From assembly GCA_008632985.1 (NCBI GenBank), contig QPGO01000119.1, positions 186,001 through 250,000 of the forward strand: a stretch of 64,000 bases of DNA, given 5' to 3'. This DNA comes from Psammoneis japonica. Taxonomy: Eukaryota. Both the position numbers and the translations under genes were made by a program. The notes below the pieces were generated by a model. The model saw only the letters and a program-made list of their open reading frames with translations. It had not been told where the DNA came from and did not search any database. This document shows, piece by piece, positions 36,531 through 47,865 of this stretch (the stretch's first letter is position 1; each line of letters starts with the position of its first letter).

Positions 36531-39500
36531 ATGGGGAATGGACAGTGCTCGCTGCGCCTGCACGAAATGGCTGCAAATGACGTTGCCACTTCTGTCAAGC
36601 AAATGGCGGATGACATTGAGGACGAGGAGATGGCGGACGACTTCAATAACTACTCAAAAACAATACGCGGAAAAGGTGTCACAGGCAAGGACTTGTTGGA
36701 CTGCAACGAATCGGAATTTGAGCAGCTCCTCAAGGAAGATTTCGGTGTCAAAAGCTTTCTCCACCTTATGAAGCTTAGAACTAAATGGCGTGAAGCCACC
36801 AACAATTCCCGGTCCATTTCCGGATCCCCGAGTGACTCCAATACTACTGCCACACACAGCGTGGACAGTTCTCCAGACAGCCAACCAGAGAGAAACGGAC
36901 CTCCTCCTGCCTTCTCCATCGTTGCCAACAATCGTACACGTACCGACGATGACTCAGCTCTGGCATCAGAAGTCACGCCCGAAGAATGTTATGACGAAAT
37001 GTATGAGAGGTCGCCTTCTGACGAGATCGAGCCTGCAGAAGTCGCCGGAGATACCAACGGATTGCATAATGCCGCTATCCCAAGTCACAACAGCCACTAT
37101 CAAGCCAATACTACCCCGCCTCAAATTGTTGGATTCTCTTGTGATTTCAGCCACTTCAAGAATATGCCGAATCACCAGTATCTATCCCCGAACCCTTCGA
37201 CTGCCACCTTTCCCGTCAACACAGGGCACCCTCATGCCGCCAAACTTTGCCATCTTCACCAGCATCCAGCGGCTCCCCATGTGACTATGATTCCTCAGGC
37301 TTATGCATACTCTGGCGCTACCAGTACTTACCACTTCCAAAATATTCCGCAGCCGGGTTACTCTGCCACCGACCTTCCTGGTCACAACAATCCTTATCAA
37401 GCCTCTGCCTCTTTCACCGCCAACCCTCAGGTCTCTATTTACCCTGGTGCTGCCAACCAATTCCAAAACATGCAGCAACACCAACACGCAGCCCAATACC
37501 CTCCGGCGACAGCTACCTATACTCAAGAAACTCTTGGCTCGGTAAGCCGCAGTTCCAGTGCTGGTGGCGCTTCTGGGGCTACTGTTGTGCATCACCAATG
37601 CGTAGACCTACGACATCCGAGCGTCAGACTTGAATCGATCCAAGACAAAGACAACATAGTAATCAGTAGATGGTCATTCAAGGAAAAAAGTTGGGGAAAA
37701 CTACCGAAGGCCACGCAAACCTTTTTAAAATGCTGCAAAGACAAGAGGCTGCATGAAGGGAAGAAAAGATTGACTACAGCGGAAAAGGACGGAGTTTTGA
37801 AAGTCATCTTGAATGAATACCCTGATTACATAGCAGTTCGTTCTGTCAACAAGAAAGAGATTGAGCAACTGATCGCTAAAAACCAACCATTCACGTTATA
37901 CTGGCGAGAGAGGGTTAAAGAGTCTAAGCCTAACTATTTTCTGGTAAGGGAGGATATGGAAACGCATAAAGGTGGCGAGCAGAGCGATGACAATGACAGC
38001 ATCGGCACCTTCTGTATAGAGCAAGAGGCGGATGAAGACGCCTTCAGTCCAGAGCAAGTGGCGGACGAAGAAGCGGCTCACTTCCCAGAAGAGAACATTC
38101 TTCTTCACCCAGCCCCGGCTATGGAACCTGTCATTAGGGTTTCTGATGATACAGAACCCCATGTTGATCAAACTGATTCGAACAATGGCAGGGATAAGAA
38201 GAGACGTCGCAAAAGTTGCATCATCGTTGGAGGAGTTGCGACTACAATCATTGCTACGATTGTTGGTGTTGTTGTAGGAGTGAAGCCATGGGAAAACGGT
38301 CCCATATGGAACGGTCGCATACCGAACCCGACATCAACGATGACTCCGATTTCCAACCAAGAGCCAACACCATCTCCCACAGTTGACCAAGCTTCTGCAT
38401 CTGCCATTTCAAATGGGACGTGGAAGCCCGCTGGACAAGTATTGCACGGCAAAGCTGCGAAAGATTATTTTGGCACTTCGGTGTCCTTGTCTCGTCATGG
38501 TAGTGTCATGGCTATCGGAGCAGAGCAATCTTCTTCTGATCCCGGCTATGTTGTTGTCAATCGACACAGCCCAAAAAAGTCGAGGAATCAATTCGTACGG
38601 AATGACGTAGACCAACAATGGATACAAATTGGTCAAGAACTGGTTGGACAAGCCGACGGTGACGATTTTGGAAGGTCTGTTTCGTTAAATGGAGATGGCA
38701 CAATTCTTGCGGTTGGAGCTCCATCATGGAATGACAGTGGCGGAGAAAATGTTGGCCACGTTCGAGTGTTTGAATATGACTCTGCATCAGATCGTTGGGT
38801 CCAACTCGGTGGCGCCTTTTTTGGAATAGACGCTGATGATCGATTTGGTTTTTCCGTGTCGCTGTCGGACGCGGGCGACATTCTTGCAGTGGGAGCTTAT
38901 TCGAGTAGCTTGGGAAACGGCGAGAATTATGGATCAGTTCAATTGTTTCAATACGACCGTGCCGCATCCTCCTGGAGGCAACTCGGACAGGCACTATTTG
39001 GTCAAGACCATTTCGGACGTTCCGTGTCCATAAATGCCCTGGGAACCATTGTTGGAGTTGGGGCATTTGAAGCCAATGCTGGTAAAGTGTCTGTATATGA
39101 ATACAATTCTACATCATCAGAATGGCATCCATTGGGTAGTCCAATCAATGGACAGGTTATTAATGGCCAATTTGGACGTTCTGTTTCTTTTGACGATAGC
39201 GGCTTGACCATGGCCGTGGGCGCACCTGGAAGTGACGAGAGAGTCTTGGTTTATTTGTACGACCGCTCGGCGTCTAAATGGAATCAACGTGGCCAAACTC
39301 TGTTAACGCAACAGCCAAATGATGGATTTGGTGTCTCAGTATCATTGAGTGGAAATGGAAATGTTGTGGCTGTCGGTGGTTGGCAGCACGACGTCAATGG
39401 ACTGAACGATGTTGGTCAAGTTCGAATCTTTCAATACGACATCACCATGTCTAAATGGAATCAAGTCGGAGATTCTTTGAATGGTGAGGCTGAAGATGAT

Positions 39501-39623
39501 AATTTTGGATATTCCGTTTCCTTGTCAGCCAACGGAAGCGTCATTGGAGTTGGTGCTCATCGGACTGATGTCAATGGCGAGCATTCTGGTTCCGCGTATG
39601 CTTTCTCGGTAAACAACAATTAG
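36531..39623 (+). CDS. Type II membrane protein: N-terminal SAM-like domain, low-complexity region, one TM helix, C-terminal FG-GAP (integrin-alpha-like) beta-propeller
   Basis: 1030-aa ORF. GVTGKDLL..EFEQLLKEDFGVKSFLH.KL is SAM-like. KKRRRK precedes the hydrophobic IIVGGVATTIIATIVGVVVGV. Seven repeats of W.Q.G....G....D.FG.SVSL..DG..LAVGA. Confidence 0.85.
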   Translation: MGNGQCSLRLHEMAANDVATSVKQMADDIEDEEMADDFNNYSKTIRGKGVTGKDLLDCNESEFEQLLKEDFGVKSFLHLMKLRTKWREATNNSRSISGSPSDSNTTATHSVDSSPDSQPERNGPPPAFSIVANNRTRTDDDSALASEVTPEECYDEMYERSPSDEIEPAEVAGDTNGLHNAAIPSHNSHYQANTTPPQIVGFSCDFSHFKNMPNHQYLSPNPSTATFPVNTGHPHAAKLCHLHQHPAAPHVTMIPQAYAYSGATSTYHFQNIPQPGYSATDLPGHNNPYQASASFTANPQVSIYPGAANQFQNMQQHQHAAQYPPATATYTQETLGSVSRSSSAGGASGATVVHHQCVDLRHPSVRLESIQDKDNIVISRWSFKEKSWGKLPKATQTFLKCCKDKRLHEGKKRLTTAEKDGVLKVILNEYPDYIAVRSVNKKEIEQLIAKNQPFTLYWRERVKESKPNYFLVREDMETHKGGEQSDDNDSIGTFCIEQEADEDAFSPEQVADEEAAHFPEENILLHPAPAMEPVIRVSDDTEPHVDQTDSNNGRDKKRRRKSCIIVGGVATTIIATIVGVVVGVKPWENGPIWNGRIPNPTSTMTPISNQEPTPSPTVDQASASAISNGTWKPAGQVLHGKAAKDYFGTSVSLSRHGSVMAIGAEQSSSDPGYVVVNRHSPKKSRNQFVRNDVDQQWIQIGQELVGQADGDDFGRSVSLNGDGTILAVGAPSWNDSGGENVGHVRVFEYDSASDRWVQLGGAFFGIDADDRFGFSVSLSDAGDILAVGAYSSSLGNGENYGSVQLFQYDRAASSWRQLGQALFGQDHFGRSVSINALGTIVGVGAFEANAGKVSVYEYNSTSSEWHPLGSPINGQVINGQFGRSVSFDDSGLTMAVGAPGSDERVLVYLYDRSASKWNQRGQTLLTQQPNDGFGVSVSLSGNGNVVAVGGWQHDVNGLNDVGQVRIFQYDITMSKWNQVGDSLNGEAEDDNFGYSVSLSANGSVIGVGAHRTDVNGEHSGSAYAFSVNNN

Positions 39624-39664
39624 AATTGCATGTTTGTATTTCATCCTTTTGCATCAATCATGCT

Positions 39665-39985
39665 GCTTTTGCACCAACCACACCGCGAATGTTTGTGCTT
39701 TCTGCTACTATTTCGTACTACTTCTACTCCTACTACTACCAGTGGGCGGACTACTACTACTCCAAGCAACACCTTGCTTCACGATTCTAATTTATTATTC
39801 CTTCTGAACAACGGCTTGATAAAGCTGCAACCACACCGAGCTTGTGTGTGGATTCTGCTACTCTTTAGCACTACTATCACTATCATACTGGAGAGGACGG
39901 ACTATGCTACTGTCAAGCAATAACACTGCCTCACGATTCTAATATAGTTTTTGTTTATTCCTTTTGAACAATGGCTTGATAAAAT
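39665..39985. repeat. Degenerate tandem duplication (~160-bp unit) at the CDPK stop/3' UTR
   Basis: caaccacaccg..ttctgctact and cacgattctaat..ttattcctt.tgaacaa.ggcttgataaa each occur twice. Confidence 0.7.
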
Positions 39986-41438
39986 TCGTCAAAGGATATT
40001 CTTCCATCATGATTGGTATCTACCAAATCCATCAATTCCTTGGCTTGTACCGAATCTCTTAAAATATCCTTGACATTATCCACCGACAATCCCTTGGAAT
40101 CGGACGTGACAAAATGATCAAACGCACTCTTGATGCGTTTTTCATCTTCCGAATTGTTGTCGTCACTAGTAGATGAAGCATTGCTATCGGCATGTTGCTT
40201 GTTTTTTTGTAAATAGGCATAGGTTGCCTTTTTGAGTTTTTGCAAGGCACGATCACGTTGATACTTTTCACTCTTGACACTATTCCGCTTTTGCTGTGGT
40301 TGTGCTCGCTGTGATGATGATTCTGGTTTTGGTTTTGTCTCATTGTTATACTTCGTAATCCATTCATGTTCCAACGCTTGGGCTGCCGTCATGCGTTTGG
40401 AGGGATCCATTTGCAACAAATTATTGACAAAGTCCTTGGCTTCATCGGAAATGTCATTCCATTCGGGTTGTGGAAAGCAATAATACCCCGCCGAAACGGA
40501 TTTGAAAATTTCGGCATCGGAATCCCCGTAAAAGGGTGGGTAGCCACAGAGTAGAATGTACTGTGTTGTAGTTAAGTGAATTAGAAAAGAAAAGATGGTG
40601 AGGATGTGCAATACAAAATTATAAAACAACAACAACAATAGCTCTGTTTTCTACACACACATACCGTAATGACTCCCAAGCTCCACATGTCACACGCCTT
40701 GGTGTATCGTCGTCGCAACACTTCCGGTGCGACATAATACGGCGTTCCGACCTTGGTTTTCATGATTTCTCCATCCAAATCAAATCTCGACAAACCAAAG
40801 TCGATAATTTTAATGTGTGTTCCATCTGGATTCAAAAACAAAAAATTCTCGGGCTTTAAATCCCGATGACAAATCTGTTTCTCATCGTGACAATACCGAA
40901 TCGCCGACAAGACATCCCGCATGAGCTGCGCCGCATCCACTTCGGAAAAATGCTCTCGTTTCAAAATTTCATCAAAGAGTTCACCTCCCTTGCATAGTTC
41001 GGTGACAAAATGCAAATAATGTTCATCTTCAAAGATTTGTTTCAATTCCAACACATGCGTATGATGCAGTGCTTGCAGGACATGCACTTCTCTCTCGAGT
41101 ACTTTGGTATTGCTGAGTTTAGATTTTTGAATCGATTTGATTGCACACCATTCACCCGTTTCACGATGACGGCATTTACGTACAATCCCATAATGACCGT
41201 GTCCAATCTCTTGAGGAGACACGTGATATGTATCGCGGACATGGGATAATCGACCCGTGACGAGTAAATTATGTTTTCCGGAAGACGGCGAAGCAGCAGC
41301 AACCGTTGTGGCGGTTGTAGCGGGTGTATCATGGAATTGAACAGCCTTACTGGCAGTAGCATAGGAAGACTTGACGACTTGGACAAGAGTCTTTTTGTCC
41401 TGTCGTTGTTTTCGTGCCTTGGAACTTTCGTTTCCCAT
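39955..41438 (-). CDS. Calcium-dependent protein kinase (CDPK/CAMK-like), 2 exons (41438-40665, 40560-39955)
   Basis: IGHGHYG, AIK, HRDLKPENFL, IDFG, GTPYYVAPE, DMWSLGVIT|YILLCGYPPFYG across GT-AG intron 40664-40561. EF loop DTNHDGRISFDE. MGNESS N-myristoylation-like start. Confidence 0.95.
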
Positions 41439-41693
41439 GGTGCTTGTCGCGTTTTTGTTGTTTTTTTGCGAGAATGCGTTCTCTCAGTGACTGGCAGCTG
41501 GTGTGTAGAATGTGGTACGAATTCTACGTGGACTGCCTGCGAGTGAAGTGGAAGAGAGCGTTGGAATGATTCCCACGATTGAATGTTGCTCGGAGTAAGA
41601 CCACGCGCGCGCGGGCGTCGCGTAGTAAAATCGAGCATCTATCTGTGCGTGCACACGCAAAAAAAGTTTTGCAACCCGAATTTGCTCGGCGCA

Positions 41694-43755
41694 TGTCATA
41701 AACCACTTGGCTGTTGTTTTGTGGGTCACCAAACTGTTAATGAATGCACACACACACACACAAAATGCACATGACAATGCATGTTGCATTCACCTCCCCA
41801 ATTGCACATCACAACATCATTCGTCAAAAACGGCACACAACACAATGAATGCTGACAGCCGTCAATGACATCACTGTGTTTGATCTTTGCTGTGCCATTG
41901 GCATGTGTCATTGTCATCACAGCATGCAGCCCTGCATGCGGCTGTTCTAATTTTTGGAAGTGTTTCTCGAGTGGTGTCTTCTCACCTGCTCTGTGGTGCA
42001 TGCATGGAGTGCACAGATCGAGCGTTTTCTTTGGCATTGTCTCCATTTGTGATTTGCTGTTTTTGCTTTTGGACAAACTTCTAATCAGCAACGTGTTGGA
42101 CATTAAAAATCATGTCTCTCTGTTGAAGACTGATTGTCCTGGTGCAGCTTGCACAGTGGCATGATGTGCACAGAAAGCACAGCAAAGGCTGCTGTGGATG
42201 GCACACCACAGAGTGAACAGATCACCAGCATCCAACGGTGAGAATGTTGTGGGTCAAATGCATGCAGCACATTGCCCAGCACTTGATGTGCACATTCTAC
42301 AGTTGTGCTCGACTGTGGATTTTGTGTGGTTGCAGGCTTGACTTTACAGCTCCACAGCCCTCTTCAACCATGTCTTTAAATCAGTGTCTGATGAGCTCAC
42401 TTCCACAGTCACGTGCAATTGACAATGGCCAAGGATGTCTGCTCTCAACCATGTTTGTTCCAACAGTCCAGCTGCAGTTGTGGATTCCTTGTTTGGAATT
42501 TCCACAACTTCAAACCATCTGGTTGCTGGATCAATCATTGTCAAACATTTCAGGGCTGGGGGTTCTTTGTTCTTTCCCTTGCAATGCACTTTGCATGGTC
42601 CAATGAGATCCACACACAGTCATTCCCATGGCACTGTTTCTGCACACTTGGGGGGGGGGGCAAATGTCCAAATGTCTTCTGTTTCTTTTTGAATTTTTGG
42701 CACATCTCACATTTTGACACACGCATTTTTGCATGTCATCATGCAGGGCAGACCACCACAAGTGTTTTGTGAGATGGTGTTTCTTCTGTTCTGTTTGTGC
42801 CAGGGTGAAAAAGGTGAGTGTGACACCAATCTGTTGTCACTGCCTTTTGCAATGTCTTTGGAGTGATGATTTTGTCCTTGTGACATGTGAGCAACCAGCC
42901 TCACTCACCTCCATGAAGAATCTTTGTGTGGTGTGTTGCGCCCGGCAATTTGGAGAGAATGTCTTTGTCCTGCTTTTGTTCAGTGTCAAGAACTTTGCAC
43001 GTCAACAGAAAGACATTGTCGCTGGATTTTGGTGGCAACATTTCAGCTGGTTCTTCATTGCTGAGGTTTTCCACAGGTTCCACTTTTTTCATGGTGAGTC
43101 TGCTGATTGCATTTGCAACAATGTTGGCCTTGCCCTTGAGGTAAATTGGTTTGGGACTGCACTCTTCCATTGTCAGATGCCAGTGCATGACTCTGTCCAT
43201 TGTGAAGTTTGTGTGTGTGAGATTTTTATGATCCATGTGCACATTCATCTGTTGGCCAAACAGCACGTTCCGGAACTCTTTTAACATCTCCACTGTGAAC
43301 AGCAGTTCTTTTTCTTCCATTTTAGCACAACGCATCTGTGCTCCATTCAGCTTGCGGCTGTGGAAAGCAACAGGCCAACTGTTCTGCATGACAACCACTC
43401 CCAATTGAGAATTGCTCGCATCAGCACACATCTCAAAGGGTTTGTCAAAATTTGGGTGTGACAGTGACATGTCTTTGGAGATGATGCGCTTCACATTTTT
43501 GAAGGCTTTTTCTTCCGTTTTGGTCCAATCCCACTTTGCCTGTGTTGAGGTGAGTCTGGCCAAAGGAGCAACAACGTGAGATTGTTGAGGCCACATGACT
43601 CGACAGCAGTTGATCATGCCGACAAAGCGTTGCAATTCTTTGTGAGTTTTCGGAGTTGTGATCTTGTTCTTTTGGATGAGTTTGATGCTCTGCTGAAGTG
43701 CAAGCCTCACCGTAATCCTGCCAATGTCATTGCCCAGTGCCTGAAGAAATGACAC
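41694..43755 (-). mobile_element. Degenerate Ty3/gypsy LTR retrotransposon remnant (RT C-terminus, RNase H, integrase, PPT and LTR start)
   Basis: FVGMINCCR, FDKPFEMCADAS..QLG, VAFHSRKL, EKELL, VHMDHKNL, KGKANIVANAISRL; integrase DLIGP..LTMIDPATRWFE; purine tract at 41789-41799 followed by TG on the minus strand. Confidence 0.9.
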
Positions 43756-43759
43756 GGGG

Positions 43760-44471
43760 ATCTGTTGCAGTCCGTCCTTTGCTCTGTGACTGCATCAGAC
43801 ATGCTGGGCTCTCCGAAGCTGGCTGGCTAGAAGCATGTTTGCAAGAAGATTGCGCAGCTGCAATGGTGGACAAGGACAATGTCCTTGTGACTTCATCATT
43901 GGATGGTGGAAAGGAAGGGTCTGGAAAAGGGCAAGCTGCTCGAGTCAGTTGAACAGCAATTCACGGTATCGTGCACATTCCGCATCATTGACATGCTCTT
44001 GAGACTTTGCGAAGAACACTGCATGCTGATCCATTGCCACAACAGACACCAGTTTTTGCCAAAAACTCTTGAAAGGTAGATGTCATTGTGGAAAAGCTAG
44101 AGAGGGCATGGGCATTGTTGCCGCCCCTCTTCACGGTGGACGAGGGAGTGAGAAGATTGCTTCAGTTACAAGAAGGCTAAGTTGGCATCGTTGTTGCTAA
44201 AGAGCTGACAGCACGAGGTCTCGACTCACCCCTTTTGACACATGTGATCAACTTTGATTCGCCAACAGATGCTTCGCACTACGCTCATCGCACTGGCCGG
44301 TGCGGGTGAGGTGGGAGACCAGGAGTTGTTGTCATCAACTTGACAACCAGTCCCCAAGAACGCAATGTACCGCAAAAGTTTGCCGATCAACTGGGTGTCA
44401 CCATGCATGCTGTTGAACCTCGAAATGGCAAACTTAACATTGTGGATCCTAGCTCACAAGACATAGACTAG
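43760..44471 (+). pseudogene. DEAD-box RNA helicase C-terminal domain pseudogene
   Basis: [24 protein letters not shown] (motif V) and [10 protein letters not shown] (motif VI, with the last Arg replaced by TGA at 44307). The frame ends at TAG 44471. The 5' part abuts the gypsy remnant. Confidence 0.85.
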
Positions 44472-44835
44472 CTAGCTACTGAGAGACACGACGACTACAT
44501 TCGGCACCCCAATAATTGTGCGCCTTTTTGTTGGTCAACTACCGGTACGATAGCAAACTTCGAGCAGCTAGCTAGAGAGAACGCACATCCTTCTTTATAA
44601 GCGCTTTCGGCAATTAAGAGACCACATACATGTAGAAGCAACTAAATTATCGTGCATATCGAACTTTTGTTACGCCATGTCTTCCGCTTCGTTTCTCGCT
44701 CCTCTGATCCATTCTCCTTTTGGATTGACCAAGCAAAGTTGCAGCGTTATGCATACTAATATTCGTAGCCGTGATGAAAGATACGATTCAGCTTCTCCCA
44801 AAGGCCAAAGAACAGCTCCGGAAGAGATTTCACAG

Positions 44836-46098
44836 TTATCCCTTCATGTAAGGCACGATGTGCTTCAAAGCAAATGAACGGATAATTTCATACTGTTCAT
44901 TTTCGTCCACCATATCTAACAGGTCAAGCTCATTGGCTACATCTCTATCGGCAGGAGGCGCAAAGAGGCTCAACATTTCAGTCATGTTCATTGGGGCACT
45001 GCTATTCCCGCGAACGATGCTTTGATTGTTTCGATCTGATTTGCCACCCCTCTGTGAAGAGGCATGTTGGCTTCTTTTAGGTGTTGGAGACTCATCCGAC
45101 CCACCAGCAGGCTTCGCAGCTCCCTCATCATGGCCACTACTTTCAATTCGCGTCTTCTTGCTCGTTGCGACACACTCCAAGGCAGCCTGAAGTGAAATTC
45201 GATTAGCAAAGGTGGCCGGAAGTCTGTCCTCGGGCACGTCTTTGACGAAAAGGCTATTCAGTATGTGTTTTGCCTCTGCCGCTGCGCTTGATCCCTTGAG
45301 ACAGATCTTGTAGAGAGCAGCCGAACCCAAACAATCCTCTCCTCTTGCAAACCAGAAGAAAGTCCATGAGTCGTTCAAATCGGTCAAAACGGAAACCACC
45401 GGACAATGGATATTAAGATAAGAGGCCGCAAAGTGTTCACCAATTGTTTGTGGGGTGTGATCTTTTTCTTGCAAGTTCTGGGGCTTCTTCAATTCAATCA
45501 GAGCTTCAATGTTGTTCCGAATTGCCGCATTGTTAACGTGAACTGATTTTGCGATGACAACATCAGTAGTTCCACGTATTTGTCGACTTTCGGGTTCTGA
45601 TCGAAGGAAATGTACCGTCAACAGGTCCCTATCTGGCTGCACATCTGCTAATGCATACTCCACTGGTTTTTGTATGAAGGCATTGAGATGAGCCATATAC
45701 CCTTCACGATTCTCGTCAGAATCTTCGTTACTTTTTAACCACAAAAACCCATCGACATGCTGCCCTGACTGCGAAACAGCAGTTCTATCTCTCCAGCCAG
45801 CCCCTTTCTCTTGCATATTCAGCATATCCATCAGGTCATTTTTCGTTGAACTAGTTGCTCCAGAAAGTACAATTGTCCTTTTTCTTGTTTGATAATCCGT
45901 TGCAAACTGTGCAAGACCAGCAACGGTTTCTTCGGAGAATTGCTTCGGGGACGGCGCCTGCTGTTGCTGCTGCTGAAATTGGGTCAGTAAAGTTCGTCGT
46001 TCAACAGGTCCAAGTCCATTGTACTCTTCAGCTGTCATGGCCTCCAGAAGCCATGACTTGTAGGCATCATCAGTTATTCGGGCCCAAGGAGCCGACAT
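44836..46098 (-). CDS. Crinkler/CR-effector-like protein with a probable PD-(D/E)XK restriction-endonuclease fold
   Basis: Intact ORF from ATG 46098. GTTDVVI...IELKK...Q..GE....S...VVSVLTDLNDSWTFFW pattern. Confidence 0.6.
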   Translation of the reverse strand: MSAPWARITDDAYKSWLLEAMTAEEYNGLGPVERRTLLTQFQQQQQQAPSPKQFSEETVAGLAQFATDYQTRKRTIVLSGATSSTKNDLMDMLNMQEKGAGWRDRTAVSQSGQHVDGFLWLKSNEDSDENREGYMAHLNAFIQKPVEYALADVQPDRDLLTVHFLRSEPESRQIRGTTDVVIAKSVHVNNAAIRNNIEALIELKKPQNLQEKDHTPQTIGEHFAASYLNIHCPVVSVLTDLNDSWTFFWFARGEDCLGSAALYKICLKGSSAAAEAKHILNSLFVKDVPEDRLPATFANRISLQAALECVATSKKTRIESSGHDEGAAKPAGGSDESPTPKRSQHASSQRGGKSDRNNQSIVRGNSSAPMNMTEMLSLFAPPADRDVANELDLLDMVDENEQYEIIRSFALKHIVPYMKG

Positions 46099-47865
46099 GG
46101 TCGTGTGGTTGTTGTTGTTGCTGTTGTTGGAGCTCTCTTGTCGCTCTATCACTCTAGCTAGAGATCGATGTCTTAAAATTCAACACATCGCGGCAATGAA
46201 GGCAAGCAAGGCGCGGATTACGGTAGCACGTACATTTCGCGCGTACAGCACCCCGTTTCACCACGGTTCAACTTACGTGCGGTGGTATTAGCGTCGAATC
46301 ATATGACTAAAAATATTTCTTGTCAATTACAGACGATATCCCTGCTCATTACCGGCATGCACAGAAACGCGCAGCGAGGTCCTGAGCATTTTCGATGGCA
46401 CAGAACCTTGCCACGGGTTTCTGTGCCATCTACGACAAAGCTGCGTAGATTTGTACCGAAAAAAATCTGAGAACATTTTGGGATTGTTTTGAATTGCAAT
46501 GTTCACATTTAACTCACCTTGAATGTTCGAAAGAGACAATGTTCCAGCTGTTGGTTCAACAAGATGAACAGACACGATGACAGGATTTGAACAGGATTCA
46601 GGTGCGCGCGAAATGTCGCACGCTGTTTAGTTTGCCGCGCACAGTTTTGTGTGCTTTGGTTCCGCGCGTTCGCGCGCGATGCAGTTTGCTTTCGAGCCAC
46701 AAGGCTCACAAGAACAATGACAGTGGCCCGATCATGCCGACTCACACGTCTTTCGGCTCCTGCAACGGTCTCTGAGCGGAGACTCATCTGCTGTTTAGAC
46801 AGCAGCAAGGAGTTGTTGTTTGAATTCTTGCCATTTGCCTTCAATTTCTGTCAGATTGACAGTCTTGCTCATTGTCAACCCATTGAGCAACCGCCATCAT
46901 CGTCGTTGATTTACCAACGATGCCACTTCAATCCTGCGTGGACCTCCGTGTGTGTCCCACACACATCGGCAAGTCTGCGCGCATTCAATGCCAGGGCATC
47001 GGCAGGAAGTTAACGTCACCGTCAAGTCTCCTTGCCGCTGGACATCTGGATTGATTGCACCACCTTTGATCGCTGAAGACACACACTCAACGGTCACATC
47101 CAAGTCTGCCCTTGATCCTCATCCCTTGATGTGCCTGTTCATCGGTTGACGGTCAAGAACCCTGCACATTCAAGGATCTTCGTCGCTGAGGACATGCACA
47201 CACACACACATGTCTTCACGGCCAAGAACCTGCACCCACTCTTCGGACTGTGGTTTTGCCACCACTCCACAAGCACACCGAGTCCATTGCACCTGATCCA
47301 CCCCAGACTGCTGGTGCTCCACAGTTCTGCCAGGTCCACGAGGACGACTGTGAGAGCAAGCAGCCGTGATTGCAGCCTGCGTTGGGGCGAGGGTGCTTTC
47401 CCGCATTTGTTCGTTCGTCCACAGTGCCTGGCGCCTGCATCAACTGGCCAGCCTGATCGGGAAATCCAACCGACATAAAACAAGAATGGTTCGGGGGTCT
47501 TGTCCACCTCTGGTCAGCTTGCCTGCAGGGGTTTGCAACCTGCTGCTCCGCTCGCAAGCAACCCAAAGCGCCGCTGGCTGTGGGTTCGGACGTGCTGGCA
47601 CAACTCTACGGACTGGATGGGAAGTTTAGCACTTGACAACGAATGGGGTGGCACAACCCGGCGACTTCTGATTTTAAGATGGTCCAAGATTTCAAGTCAA
47701 GTCTAGCTCAAGTCACGTCTTTTTCAAGCCAAGTTCCAAGTCAAAACTCCGAGTCAAGATCGCGCTCTAGATTGGTTCCTGTCTTTTGTTTCTACTGCAC
47801 CGTCCTCCGTCATGGTTCTCACGTGACAGCAACAAACCGAAAGCTTCAAATACATTCTAGGCACT

